A DNA stretch of 64,000 nt. It comes from Barrientosiimonas humi (GTDB lineage: Bacteria > Actinomycetota > Actinomycetes > Actinomycetales > Dermatophilaceae). This document shows, one piece after another, positions 37,301 to 47,874 of the stretch. Position 1 is the first letter of the stretch. Each line of letters begins with the position of its first letter. The stretch lies in the NCBI RefSeq assembly GCF_006716095.1, contig NZ_VFOK01000001.1:835375-899374 (forward strand). Reading direction: 5' to 3'. Position numbers and translations under genes: made by a program. The notes beneath the pieces were generated by a model, which saw nothing but the letters and a program-made list of their open reading frames with translations, was not told the origin of the DNA and ran no database searches.

Positions 37301-39146
37301 GCTGGCCGGGCGCGGGCGTGACGAGCACCTGGTCGTGGGTGATGTCCTCGATGCGCCAGCTGCTCGTGCCGAGCGTGAACACGTCGCCGACGCGCGACTC
37401 GTAGACCATCTCCTCGTCGAGCTCGCCGACGCGCCGGCCGGGCCCTTCGCCGGTGGCGAGGAACACCCCGAACAGCCCCCGGTCGGGGATGGTGCCGCCG
37501 GAGGTGACCGCGAGCCGCTGCGCGCCGCGGCGACCGCGCAGCACCCCCTCGATGCGGTCCCACTCGATGCGCGGGCGCAGCTCGGCGAACTCGTCGCTGG
37601 GGTAGCGCCCGGAGAGCATGTCGAGCACCGACTCCAGGACCGACCGCGGTAGGGAGGTGTACGGCGCGGCTCGCCGGACCAGTCGCTCCAGCTCGTCGAC
37701 GGTCCAGTCGTCGAGCGCGCACATCGCCACGACCTGCTGGGCGAGCACGTCGACCGGGTTGCTCGGGACCCGCAGCTCCTCGATCGCGCCCGCGCGCATG
37801 CGCTCGACGACCACCGCCGTCTGCACCAGGTCGCCACGGAACTTGGGGAACAGCACGCCGCGCGAGACCGCACCCACCTGGTGCCCTGCCCGACCCACCC
37901 GCTGCAGACCGCTCGCCACGCTCGGGGGGCTCTCGACCTGCACCACCAGGTCGACCGCGCCCATGTCGATGCCCAGCTCCAGCGAGCTGGTGGCGACCAC
38001 CGCGGGCAGCCGCCCGGCCTTGAGGTCGTCCTCGATCTCGGCCCGCTGCTCCTTGCTCACCGAGCCGTGATGGGCGCGCGCGAGGACGCCGGGCGCCCCC
38101 GCCGCCTGCCCCGCCTGACCCATGAGCTGGGCCGGTGGGCGCGGCGGCACCGCGGGCGGCGCGTCCTCGGGTGCGTCGTCGATGTCGTCGGCGTCGGCAT
38201 CGGCGTGCTCGGCCACCGCCGCCTCGGCGCGCTCGGCCCAGATCTCGTTGAGCCGCGAGGTCAGCCGCTCCGCGAGCCGGCGGGAGTTGGCGAACACCAG
38301 CGTCGAGCGGTGCCCGGCGACCAGGTCGACGATGCGCTCCTCGACGTGCGGCCAGATCGAGGCGCGCTCCTGCGGGTCGGCGTCGTCGGCCGGGCTGGCG
38401 CCGCCCAGCTCGCCGAGGTCGGGCACCGGCACCACGACGTCCAGGTCCCACTCCTTGGTCGACGGCGGCTGCACCACGCTCACCGGCGAGCCCCCGGCCA
38501 GGAACCGCGCGACCTCCTCGACCGGCCGCACGGTCGCGGACAGGCCGATGCGCTGCGCCGGCTTCTCGAGCAGCTCGTCGAGCCGCTCGAGGCTGAGGGC
38601 CAGGTGGGCGCCGCGCTTGGTGCCGGCGACGGCGTGCACCTCGTCGACGATCACGGTCTCGACCCCGCGCAGCGCCTCGCGCGCGGAGGAGGTCAGCAGC
38701 AGGAACAGCGACTCGGGCGTCGTGATCAGCACGTCGGTGGGCGTGCGCTGGAACGCCCGACGCTCCTGCGCCGGCGTGTCGCCCGAGCGGACCGCGACCG
38801 TGACGTCGGGCTCGGGCAGCTCGAGCCGGCTCGCGGCGTGGCGGATGCCGACCAGGGGTGCGCGCAGGTTGCGCTCGACGTCGACCGCGAGCGCCTTCAT
38901 CGGCGAGACGTAGAGCACCCGGCAGCGCGCCGCCGGGTCGTCCGGCGGCCCCTCGCTCGCCACCCGGTCGAGCGCCCAGAGGAAGGCCGACAGCGTCTTG
39001 CCCGACCCGGTGGGCGCGACGACCAGGGTGTGCTGCCCGTCGCTGATCGCCTCCCAGGCGCCGGCCTGGGCGGCCGTGGGTTCGGCGAAGCTGCCCTCGA
39101 ACCACGCGCGCGTGGCGGGGGAGAAGCGGTCGAGCACCGAGGCCAT
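34347..39146 (-). CDS. lhr: ATP-dependent helicase Lhr (Lhr-core + long C-terminal extension)
   Basis: 1599 aa; Walker A (APTGSGKT), DEVH, helicase C, Lhr WH/C-terminal region; lhr-nei synteny. Confidence 0.9.
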   Translation of the reverse strand: MASVLDRFSPATRAWFEGSFAEPTAAQAGAWEAISDGQHTLVVAPTGSGKTLSAFLWALDRVASEGPPDDPAARCRVLYVSPMKALAVDVERNLRAPLVGIRHAASRLELPEPDVTVAVRSGDTPAQERRAFQRTPTDVLITTPESLFLLLTSSAREALRGVETVIVDEVHAVAGTKRGAHLALSLERLDELLEKPAQRIGLSATVRPVEEVARFLAGGSPVSVVQPPSTKEWDLDVVVPVPDLGELGGASPADDADPQERASIWPHVEERIVDLVAGHRSTLVFANSRRLAERLTSRLNEIWAERAEAAVAEHADADADDIDDAPEDAPPAVPPRPPAQLMGQAGQAAGAPGVLARAHHGSVSKEQRAEIEDDLKAGRLPAVVATSSLELGIDMGAVDLVVQVESPPSVASGLQRVGRAGHQVGAVSRGVLFPKFRGDLVQTAVVVERMRAGAIEELRVPSNPVDVLAQQVVAMCALDDWTVDELERLVRRAAPYTSLPRSVLESVLDMLSGRYPSDEFAELRPRIEWDRIEGVLRGRRGAQRLAVTSGGTIPDRGLFGVFLATGEGPGRRVGELDEEMVYESRVGDVFTLGTSSWRIEDITHDQVLVTPAPGQPGRLPFWRGDSPGRPAELGRAVGSFVRELGGLDDAEARDRVRRAGLDEWATDNLLAYLGEQREATGHLPHDRSIVIERFRDELGDWRVVIHSPFGSPVHAPWALGLAARLRERFGTEVQALHGDDGIVLRLLDFEVDQGVELDRELSALLLLDPDDVERVVTDEIGGSALFASRFRECAARALLLPRRNPGRRQALWMQRQRSSQLLQVASRYPSFPIVLEAVRECVQDVFDVPGLVDLMRDVQARRIRVVEVETKTPSPFAKSLLFGYVAQFLYEGDSPLAERRAAALALDPVLLGELLGRDEGTALRDLLDPEVVAATEAELQRTTEERLARDRDDVADLLRWLGPLTTEAVTERTRPDVRDQMPAWLESLVSDRQVIAVRVAGRDGFALVDDAARLRDALGVSLPMGVPAVFLEPVDDPLGDLLARYARTHGPFDEPAVAAELGLGRAVVHAGLQRLVGAGRLVAGELRPLSLGGGRESVEYADAEVLRVLKRRSLASLRAEVEPVPARDLARFLPAWQGVGSGQRGLDGLLRAVEQLAGVALPASGLESLVLPARVASYRPSMLDELMAGGEVLWQGRGALSGDDGWVSLHLADSAHLTLTPPDAELELGPLHERVLQALEGGGAFFFSTLSERVAALSAGEVVGDDRLTEALWDLVWGGLVTGDTLAPLRALVGGGRPAHRARRTGPARSRYGRARTSLGGVPVGRRGVTGAGTSRVATPGKVGGRWSLLPPAADSPTERALATAEVLLDRYGIVTRGSVMAEGVPDGFAGVYRVLSTAEESGRVRRGYFVEGLGAAQFGTAGAVDRLRAVGRPTAPATDSLWEQPQPEPSTAQVLAAADPANPYGAALPWPDRPTSPDGASTDGATSGAAATGGTAAGAATTGHRPGRKSGSLVVLVDGALVLYVERGGKTLLSWSDDEATLRAAADALALAVREGALGQLTVTTADGDKLLGSEHPVAAALEASGFHATPRGLRLRG

Positions 39147-39220
39147 GGCGCAAGCCTGCCACCGACGTACGACATCGCCGGCCGGGCGGTGCCCTCACCC
39201 CACGGCGGTGGTCGTTCCGG

Positions 39221-40186
39221 CTACGCCGCGGGGCGCTGCGCCGAGGTCGTGAAGGCCTGACCGGCGTACTTCCACAGGATGCCGCCGAGGACGTCGCTGT
39301 GCCGGTCCAGCGCGGTGGGGTCGATGTTGCTGGAGTCGTCGCAGGAGCGGTGGTAGCACGGGTCGAACGAGGCCCCGGCCGTGCCGCCCCAGCTGTTCGC
39401 CTGCGCCGCCGACTTCGGCTCGGAGCCGCCGCTGTAGAGACCCCCGGTGGGGATGCCGTACCGCAGGAAGGCGGCGTGGTCGCTGCGGCCCTGCACGTCG
39501 ACGTACTCGGCCGGCACGCCCTCGGCGCTCATCAGGCTGGTGAGGTCGTCGCGCACGAACGTGCCGGCGGGGTTGTCGTCGTAGACGAAGTAGCCCGGGT
39601 TCACCGACCCGATCATGTCCGCGTTGACGTACGCCTTGATGCGCGAGCGCTCGGTGCTGGTCAGCGACTGCACGTAGTAGCTCGAGCCGACCAGGCCGAT
39701 CTCCTCGGCGCCCCAGAACGCGAATCGCAGTGTGTTGCGGGGCTTCTCGCCGCTCGCGGCATAGGTGAGCGCGGTCTCGAGCACGCCCGCGGTGCCGGAC
39801 GCGTTGTCGTTGATCCCGGGGCCGGCGGTGGCGCCGTCGAGGTGCGAGCCGAGCATCACGACGCCGTTCGGGTCGCTGCCGGGCACCTCCGCCACGAGGT
39901 TGTACGTCGTCCCGCGCGAGGTCGGGACCTGCTGCACGGTCGTGCTCAGGCCAGCCGCCTCGAGCCGCCCCTTCACGTAGTCCAGCGACCGCTGGTATCC
40001 CGGCGTCCCCACCGCCCGGTTGCCCCCGTTGGCGTCGGCGATCTGCTGCAGCGCCGAAACGTGCCCCTGCACCTCGGTCAGCGAGATGTCCGGGGCGACC
40101 GCGGCGTCGGCCGGTGCGGCGAGCAGGGGAGCGGCGACGAGCGCCACGGTGGCGGCGAGGGCGTGCGGGCGGCGGGTGGCTGTCAT
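39221..40186 (-). CDS. secreted M28-family aminopeptidase
   Basis: signal peptide (ALAATVALVAAPLLAAPADA), M28 metal ligands (HLD...D..EE..G..H); start at MTATRRP. Confidence 0.75.
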   Translation of the reverse strand: MTATRRPHALAATVALVAAPLLAAPADAAVAPDISLTEVQGHVSALQQIADANGGNRAVGTPGYQRSLDYVKGRLEAAGLSTTVQQVPTSRGTTYNLVAEVPGSDPNGVVMLGSHLDGATAGPGINDNASGTAGVLETALTYAASGEKPRNTLRFAFWGAEEIGLVGSSYYVQSLTSTERSRIKAYVNADMIGSVNPGYFVYDDNPAGTFVRDDLTSLMSAEGVPAEYVDVQGRSDHAAFLRYGIPTGGLYSGGSEPKSAAQANSWGGTAGASFDPCYHRSCDDSSNIDPTALDRHSDVLGGILWKYAGQAFTTSAQRPAA

Positions 40187-40296
40187 GCGACGACCATCGC
40201 GGCTGGGCGCGTCGGAGGGAAGGCGGCTTGACCAAGTCCGGAGCAAGGCTTGGCCGTTCGCTTGCCCGCCGCCGACATGCGGGTGAGGATCGAGCA

Positions 40297-42684
40297 ATGG
40301 TCTCCGCCTCCGACCTCCCGCTCGAGCAGCAGGTCGCGCTGCTGTCCGGCGCCACCTTCTGGCGCACGGAATCCTTTCCCGACCAAGGGATTCCGTCGGC
40401 GGTGCTCAGCGACGGTCCGCACGGGCTGCGCGCGCAGAACCCCGACCTGAACAGCTTCGGGCTGTCCGACAGCCGGCCGGCGACCTGCTTCCCGCCGGCG
40501 GTCACGATGGCGACCACCTGGGACGAAGAGCTCGTCGAGGTCGTCGGTCGCGCGGTCGGCGTGGAGGCGCGGGCGCTCGGCGTCGACGTGGTGCTCGGGC
40601 CGGGGCTGAACATCAAGCGGCACCCGTGCGGCGGGCGCAACTTCGAGTACTACAGCGAGGATCCGCTGCTCAGCGGCCGGTTCGCGGCGGCCGCCGTGCG
40701 CGGCATCCAGAGCGCGGGCGTCGGCGCCTGCGTGAAGCACTTCGCGTTGAACAACCAGGAGTCGCACCGCATGGTCGTCGACGCCGTCGTCGACGAGCGC
40801 ACGCTGCGCGAGATCTACCTCGCCGGCTTCGAGCACGTCGTCACCGAGGCGCAGCCCTGGGCGGTGATGGCGGCGTACAACAGTGTGAACGGCGAACCGG
40901 CCACCGCCAGCCCCCGGCTGCTGCGCGAGATCCTGCGCGAGACATGGGGATTCGAGGGTCTGGTGATGAGCGACTGGAGCGCCGTGGGCGACCGCGTCGC
41001 GGGTGTCGCGGCGGGCATGGACCTCGAGATGCCGAGCAGCCGGGGGCTGTCCGACGGCGACGTCGTCGCTGCCGTACGCCAGGGCCGGCTCCCCGAGGCG
41101 GCCGTCACCGCGTGCGCGCAGCGGGTGCTCGACCTGGCCGCGCGGGGCCCGGGTGAGGCGGCGGGGAGCATCCCGGTCGACGTGCACGACGCGCTCGCCC
41201 GCCGCGCGGCGGCCGCCGGCACCGTGCTGCTCACCAACGACGGCACCCTGCCGCTGGACCCGACGGCCTCGGTCGCGCTGATCGGGGCGATGGCCGAGCA
41301 CCCGCGCTTCCAGGGCGGCGGCAGCTCGCAGGTCAACCCGACGCGCGTCACGACGGCGCTGGCCGCGCTGGAGAGCCGGGGCGCGACGTTCACCCATCAC
41401 CCCGTCTACGACCCGCAGACCGGCGAGGCGGGCCGCGCCGAGATCGCCGCCGCGGCCGACGCCGCGCGCGCCGCCGACGTCGCGGTGGTGCTGGTCGGCC
41501 TCCCGCCGGTGGTCGAGAGCGAAGGCTTCGACCGGGCCGACCTCGCGCTGCCGCCGCAGCACGACGCGCTCGTGACCGCCGTCGCCGCCGCGAACCCGCG
41601 CACCGTCGTGGCGCTGTCCAACGGGTCGCCGGTGACGCTGCCGTGGGCCGACGACGTGGCGGCGGTGCTCGAGTGCTATCTCGGCGGTCAGGCGAGCGGT
41701 GGGGCGCTCGTCGACGTGCTGTACGGCGACGCCGACCCGGGCGGGCGGCTCGCCGAGACCTTCCCGCGGGCGCGCGCCGACGTGGCCGCCGACCCGTTCT
41801 TCCCCGGCCGGCCGCACCAGGTCGAGCACCGCGAGGGGCTGTTCGTCGGCTATCGGCACCACGTGACCGCCGAGGTGCCGCCGGCGTTCGCCTTCGGGCA
41901 CGGGCTCAGCTACGCGGCGTTCGACTGGAGCGACCCGCGCCTGTCGACCGACGCGATCGCCGCGGGCCAGGACGTCGAGCTCACGGTCACGGTGACCAAC
42001 GTGGCGCGCCGGGCCGGGTCGGACGTGGTGCAGGTCTACCTGGCCGACCGCACCGGCGTGGTGCTGCGCCCGGCGCGCACGCTCGCCGCCTTCGCCAAGG
42101 TGCACCTGGACCCCGGGGAGTCCCGCGACGTCACGGTCGTGGTGCCCGCCCGGGCGTTCCAGTTCTTCGACGTCGCGCAGCAGCGGTGGCAGACGCCCAC
42201 CGGCGAGTTCGGCGTCGAGGTCGCCCGCTCCTCGGTCGACGTGGTGGCGACCCTGCCGGTCACGGTGAACGGCGGGGTGAGCACCAGCAGCGAACCGGCC
42301 GACGGTCCCGCGGTGGCCGCGAGCGACGCCGACTTCGAGCGGCGCCTCGGACGCCCCGTCCCGACCCCGCGGCCGGTGCGGCCGTTCAGCCGCGACTCCA
42401 CGATGTCGGAGATCGCGCAGACGCGGGTCGGCGCGGCCTTCCGCGCGACGCTGTGGCGCCTCGGCCCGGGCCGGGCCGGGGAGACCGACCCCACGACGCA
42501 GGAGGCCGTCACCCGCGCCTTCGAGGAGCTGCCGCTGCGGGCCGCAGCCGCGCTGTCCGGCGGGCGGCTGCGCTGGCCGGCGGTCGACGCCCTCCTGGAC
42601 CTGGCCAACGGGCGCCCGCTGCAGCTGCTCGGGGGCGCGGCGCGCGGCGCGAACGGGCTGCTGCGTCGGTGGGGTGGCCGCTAG
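40297..42684 (+). CDS. glycoside hydrolase family 3 beta-glucosidase
   Basis: GH3 N-terminal (KHFALNNQE, GFEGLVMSDW), sandwich and C-terminal FnIII-like domains; start at MVSASDLP. Confidence 0.85.
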   Translation: MVSASDLPLEQQVALLSGATFWRTESFPDQGIPSAVLSDGPHGLRAQNPDLNSFGLSDSRPATCFPPAVTMATTWDEELVEVVGRAVGVEARALGVDVVLGPGLNIKRHPCGGRNFEYYSEDPLLSGRFAAAAVRGIQSAGVGACVKHFALNNQESHRMVVDAVVDERTLREIYLAGFEHVVTEAQPWAVMAAYNSVNGEPATASPRLLREILRETWGFEGLVMSDWSAVGDRVAGVAAGMDLEMPSSRGLSDGDVVAAVRQGRLPEAAVTACAQRVLDLAARGPGEAAGSIPVDVHDALARRAAAAGTVLLTNDGTLPLDPTASVALIGAMAEHPRFQGGGSSQVNPTRVTTALAALESRGATFTHHPVYDPQTGEAGRAEIAAAADAARAADVAVVLVGLPPVVESEGFDRADLALPPQHDALVTAVAAANPRTVVALSNGSPVTLPWADDVAAVLECYLGGQASGGALVDVLYGDADPGGRLAETFPRARADVAADPFFPGRPHQVEHREGLFVGYRHHVTAEVPPAFAFGHGLSYAAFDWSDPRLSTDAIAAGQDVELTVTVTNVARRAGSDVVQVYLADRTGVVLRPARTLAAFAKVHLDPGESRDVTVVVPARAFQFFDVAQQRWQTPTGEFGVEVARSSVDVVATLPVTVNGGVSTSSEPADGPAVAASDADFERRLGRPVPTPRPVRPFSRDSTMSEIAQTRVGAAFRATLWRLGPGRAGETDPTTQEAVTRAFEELPLRAAAALSGGRLRWPAVDALLDLANGRPLQLLGGAARGANGLLRRWGGR

Positions 42685-43340
42685 GTCGGGCCGAGCGCCT
42701 GCGAGGAACCGCCCGCCGAGTGGTCACTTCTGGCTGGTGCCGCGCCCCGTTCATCGGCAACAACTGACCTTTCGACGCGCGCGGCGGGCCTGTCGGCGCC
42801 GTTGCGGGCCCGCGGCGGGTCGGGCTGCAGCCGCAGCACGTGCAGCGTCGTCGCCAGCATCGTGTAGTTCCCGACGAGCAGCAGCAGCTCGAGGCGCTCG
42901 CGCTCGTCGAGGTGCCGGCCGAGGGCGGTCCACGTCTCGTCGGACAGGTCGGACGTGCCCACCAGCTCGTCGACCGCACGCAGGATCGCCGCGTCGCGCA
43001 CCGGCCACTGGTCGTCGAGATCCGTTGCGGTGCGGTCGATCTCGGAGGTCGTCAACCCGGATCGGCGGCCGATCCGCTCGTGGTGGGCGCGCTCGTACGC
43101 ACTGTCCCTGAGGTGGGCCACGCGCAGGATGACCAGCTCGCTCTCGCGCCGCGGCAGGTGCCCGAACGGCATCAGCGAGGCGGCGAACCCCAGCCACCCC
43201 CAGTACGTCCGGCGCGCCCGGCCGAGCACCGTGAACACCGCGGGCGGCGCGGTGCCCATGACGCGACCGGCCGCCCGGCTGAAGGCGTACGCCGTCGGCC
43301 CCAGCTCGCGCAGACCACCCGGGCGGACGCGCGGCGTCAC
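42681..43340 (-). CDS. carboxymuconolactone decarboxylase (AhpD-like) family protein
   Basis: core LVILRVAHLRDSAYERAHHERIGRRSG; GTG start overlaps the stop of the upstream SDR gene (GTGA). Confidence 0.65.
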   Translation of the reverse strand: MTPRVRPGGLRELGPTAYAFSRAAGRVMGTAPPAVFTVLGRARRTYWGWLGFAASLMPFGHLPRRESELVILRVAHLRDSAYERAHHERIGRRSGLTTSEIDRTATDLDDQWPVRDAAILRAVDELVGTSDLSDETWTALGRHLDERERLELLLLVGNYTMLATTLHVLRLQPDPPRARNGADRPAARVERSVVADERGAAPARSDHSAGGSSQALGPT

Positions 43341-44194
43341 GACCGCTCCACCCGCTCCGGCTGGGCGGTGGTGAACGGCACGTCCTCGGTGCGGGCGAGC
43401 TCGAGGGCGCGCTCGAGCTGGGGGAGCGGCTTGAGCTCGACCACGCGCTGGGCGAGCGCGCGGGCGGGCAGCACGGCCCGACCCCACACCGGCGCGGCGA
43501 TGGTGCGCGACCGGCGGGCGATGCCGCGCTCGAGCGTGTCGATGGCGCGGGGGAGGGAGGAGACGCCGCTCAGCGAGGTGTGCCGCCCGAGCAGGGCCTT
43601 GGCCGCCTCGGTGCCGAAGCCACGGCTGGTCATCTCGGTGTCGAGCTCGGAGTAGAACGCGACCCCGACCCGGGCACCGCTCGGGCGCAGCTCCTGGCGC
43701 AGCGTGTTGCCCATCGCCTCGACGGCGGCCTTGGAGGCGGAGTAGGCGCCCATCAGCGGCAGGTGCACGGCGGCGCCGAGCGAGGCGGTGAGCAGCGCGT
43801 AGCCGCCGGGGTGCGCGACGTGCGGCCCGGCCGCGCGCAGCGTGTAGTAGGTGCCGAGCGCGTTGACCGCCAGCGTGCGCTCCATGACCTCCGGGTCGCC
43901 GCCGATCATGGCCAGCTGCCTGGCGATCCCGGCGTTGGCGACGACCACGTCGAGCCCGCCGAGCTCGCCGACCAGCTCGGCCACGGCGGTGTCGACCTGC
44001 GCCCGGTCGCTGACGTCGCACTCGCGCCAGACGGCGCCGGTGCGCTCGGCCACCTGCCGCAGCAGGTCGGGCTCGAGCCCGAGCAGGGCGAGGCGGGCCC
44101 CGCGGGAGGCGAGGCGCGCGGCCAGCGCCGCACCGATGCCGCGCGCGGCCCCGGTGATCAGGACGCGTCGTCCGGTGAGTGGTTCGGCTGCCAT
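43337..44194 (-). CDS. SDR-family oxidoreductase
   Basis: TGAARGIG Rossmann motif, catalytic YxxxK (YSASK). Confidence 0.8.
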   Translation of the reverse strand: MAAEPLTGRRVLITGAARGIGAALAARLASRGARLALLGLEPDLLRQVAERTGAVWRECDVSDRAQVDTAVAELVGELGGLDVVVANAGIARQLAMIGGDPEVMERTLAVNALGTYYTLRAAGPHVAHPGGYALLTASLGAAVHLPLMGAYSASKAAVEAMGNTLRQELRPSGARVGVAFYSELDTEMTSRGFGTEAAKALLGRHTSLSGVSSLPRAIDTLERGIARRSRTIAAPVWGRAVLPARALAQRVVELKPLPQLERALELARTEDVPFTTAQPERVERS

Positions 44195-44258
44195 CCCGCG
44201 AGCGTACCTACGCGCGGGTAGGTGTGGCGTGCGTACGCCGTCGATGGCGGCAGTGAGC

Positions 44259-45299
44259 TCAGCCGGGTTGCTGCTGGGTGATGCAGTGGATGCCGCCACC
44301 GCGGGCGTACAGCTCGCGGGCGTCGACGCCCACGACCCTGCGGCCGGGGTAGACCTGCTCCAGCACGGCGAGGGCGCGCGCGTCGTTCGGGTCGTCGAAG
44401 GTGCACGCGATGACCCCGCCGTTGACGACGAGGTGGTTGACGTAGCTGTAGTCGACCGGGCCCTCGTCGTCGAATCCCGTTGCAGGAGCAGGGATCCGGA
44501 CGATCTCGAGCGTGCGTCCGGCGGCGTCGACGGCGTTGCTCAGCACCTCGATCAGCTCGCGGCTAACCGCGTGGTCGGGGTGCTCGGGGTCCTCCTGGTC
44601 GTGCACCAGCACGACGCCGGGGGAGGGGAAGGTCGCGACGATGTCGACGTGGCCGCGGGTGCCGAACTCCTCGTAGTCGCGGGTCAGCCCGCGGGGGAGC
44701 CAGATGCAGCGGGTGACCCCGAGCGTACGTCGGAGCTCGGCCTCGATGTCCTCGCGCGTCTTCCCGGGGTTGCGTCCGGGGTCCAGCTGCACCGTCTCGG
44801 TGAGCAGGGCCGTCCCCTCGCCGTCAACGTGAAAACCCCCACCCTCGTTGACGATCGGCGAGTCGAGCACCTCGGCGCCGGCGAGCCGGCCGACGAGCTC
44901 GCCGACCTCGGCGTCGTGCTCCCACGAGGCCCACGACTGGGCGCCCCACCCGTTGAAGACCCAGTCGACCGCGCCGAGCGCCCCCGAGGCGTCGCGCACG
45001 AACGTCGGGCCGATATCGCGCATCCACGCGTCGTCGAGCGGGGCGGTGGTGCGCTCGACCCGGTCGTCGAGGAAGCGGGCCGCGACGTCGTCCTGGCCCG
45101 GCGCGACGAGCATCGTCACGGGCTCGAACTCGACGACGGCGTTCGCGACCGCGGCCCAGGTGCGCCGCGCCGCGTCGGCCTCGTCCTCGGTGTCGCCGAG
45201 GGTGTAGCCCGACGACGGCCAGGCCATCCAGACGCGCGACTGCGGAGAGGTCTCGGCCGGCATGCGCCAGCCGCGAGAACCGTTGTCAGCGTTGGTCAT
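44259..45299 (-). CDS. aguA: agmatine deiminase
   Basis: 346 aa, agmatine deiminase fold (WMAWPS...GGGIHCITQQ with catalytic Cys); start overlaps aguB stop. Confidence 0.85.
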   Translation of the reverse strand: MTNADNGSRGWRMPAETSPQSRVWMAWPSSGYTLGDTEDEADAARRTWAAVANAVVEFEPVTMLVAPGQDDVAARFLDDRVERTTAPLDDAWMRDIGPTFVRDASGALGAVDWVFNGWGAQSWASWEHDAEVGELVGRLAGAEVLDSPIVNEGGGFHVDGEGTALLTETVQLDPGRNPGKTREDIEAELRRTLGVTRCIWLPRGLTRDYEEFGTRGHVDIVATFPSPGVVLVHDQEDPEHPDHAVSRELIEVLSNAVDAAGRTLEIVRIPAPATGFDDEGPVDYSYVNHLVVNGGVIACTFDDPNDARALAVLEQVYPGRRVVGVDARELYARGGGIHCITQQQPG

Positions 45300-46258
45300 T
45301 CGGAGACCTGGCGCTGGTGCTCGGGGCGCACCGGCTCGCTCAGCGCGGCGTAGCTGTCGGGGCGCCGGGTGGCGAGGAACGGGAACAGGTCGAGCCAGTC
45401 CTTGCGCTGCGACAGGTCCAGGTCGGTGACCAGCACCGCCTCGGTCTCGCGCGGCGCCTGCACGAGGATCCGGCCGTAGGGGTCGGCCACGAACGAGGTG
45501 CCGTAGAACGTGATGAGCCCCTCCGTGCCGGTGCGGTTCGGCGCGACGACGAACAGGCCGTTGGCGATCGCGTGGCCGACGATGGTGTGCTGCCACAGCG
45601 GCTGGGTGTCGAACTCGGGGTGGTCGGGCTCGGACCCGATCGCGGTGGGGTAGACGAGCACGTCGGCGCCGCCGATGGCGTACAGCCGGGCGACCTCGGG
45701 GAACCACTCGTCCCAGCAGGTCGGCAGACCCAGCCGCACGTCCTGGCCGGGCACGTCGACGACGGGGTAGGCGTCCTCGGGCGGGCCGGGGCGGAAGTAC
45801 TTGTCCTCGTAGTAGCCGGCGGTCACCGGGATGTGCGTCTTGCGGGTGCGCGCGACGAGCGTGCCGTCCGGCGCGACGAGCACGGCGGTGTTGAAGCCCA
45901 GGCCGTCGGCCTGGTCGGCCTTCTCGTAGAGCGAGGCGTGGACGTAGACGTCGTGGGCCTTGGCGGCCTCGCGCGCGAACGTGATCGTGGGGCCGGTCTC
46001 GAGGTCCTCGGCGGTGGCCGACGGGGTGCCCTCGGGGAGGGTGTCGGCGGGGTAGCGCGACAGCGTCAGCTCGGGCAGGAACACCGCCGTCGCGCCCGCC
46101 TCGGCGGCCTGGCCGATCGCCTCGGACAGCACCGCGCGCAGCTCGTCGGCGTCCTCGCGCCAGTGGTGCTGCACCACCCCGATGCGCAGGGGCGGCGCGC
46201 TCGGCTCGTCGACGCGGGCCGGGGACGTCGGGACGGACGTGGTGGTGATCAGCTCCAT
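45296..46258 (-). CDS. aguB: N-carbamoylputrescine amidase (CN-hydrolase/nitrilase superfamily)
   Basis: Glu-Lys-Cys triad context (FLPEL...RKTHIP...LGLPTCWD); coupled to aguA. Confidence 0.85.
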   Translation of the reverse strand: MELITTTSVPTSPARVDEPSAPPLRIGVVQHHWREDADELRAVLSEAIGQAAEAGATAVFLPELTLSRYPADTLPEGTPSATAEDLETGPTITFAREAAKAHDVYVHASLYEKADQADGLGFNTAVLVAPDGTLVARTRKTHIPVTAGYYEDKYFRPGPPEDAYPVVDVPGQDVRLGLPTCWDEWFPEVARLYAIGGADVLVYPTAIGSEPDHPEFDTQPLWQHTIVGHAIANGLFVVAPNRTGTEGLITFYGTSFVADPYGRILVQAPRETEAVLVTDLDLSQRKDWLDLFPFLATRRPDSYAALSEPVRPEHQRQVSE

Positions 46259-46306
46259 GCCGGCCAGTATGCCCAGAACTTCGAAATCGTATGAGACCGT
46301 CTCCGA

Positions 46307-46537
46307 GTGCGAGTCAGTGAGCTGTGGCGATTGATCGACGAGGAGTTCGGGCGGGCGTACGGCCGGCACCTCGCCAGGACGCACGTGCTGCGCGCGCTGC
46401 AGGACCGCACGGTCGAGCAGGCGCTGGCCGCGGGCGTCGAGCCGCGCGCGGCGTGGAAGGCGCTGTGCGTCGACCTGGACGTGCCGCCCGAACGGTGGCT
46501 GGGCCGCGACATCCCGCTGAGCGACCACCCCGACTGA
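46307..46537 (+). CDS. DUF3046-family small protein (conserved partner immediately upstream of recA in Actinobacteria)
   Basis: 76 aa VSELWRLIDEEFG...; GTG start; position upstream of recA. Confidence 0.7.
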   Translation: MRVSELWRLIDEEFGRAYGRHLARTHVLRALQDRTVEQALAAGVEPRAAWKALCVDLDVPPERWLGRDIPLSDHPD

Positions 46538-46583
46538 GCCCGCGTCGAGCGCGTGGGCGACGTCACCGGCGTGTCGTGCGATC

Positions 46584-46599
46584 TCGTACGCCTGTTCGG
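46584..46599. promoter_or_regulatory. candidate LexA (Cheo-type) SOS box TCGTAC-GCCT-GTTCGG upstream of recA
   Basis: matches the actinobacterial TCGAAC-N4-GTTCGA consensus with one mismatch per half-site; ~185 nt upstream of the recA ATG. Confidence 0.35.
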
Positions 46600-46781
46600 A
46601 TAGTGTCGTCCACAGGTCCGGTCCGACGACCCGCTCCGTCCACAGCGTGCGTGGCACCTCTGGGTGAGTGTCGGTGCCGGCACCTAGCGTCTGACGCACG
46701 CTCGTCGCCCCCGTGCACGCAGGGGTGAGGGGCCCGTCGCCGGGAGGCGCGCTCACCACGATCCGACAGGAGCACCCACGC

Positions 46782-47870
<1,089 letters not shown>

Positions 47871-47874
47871 TCGG

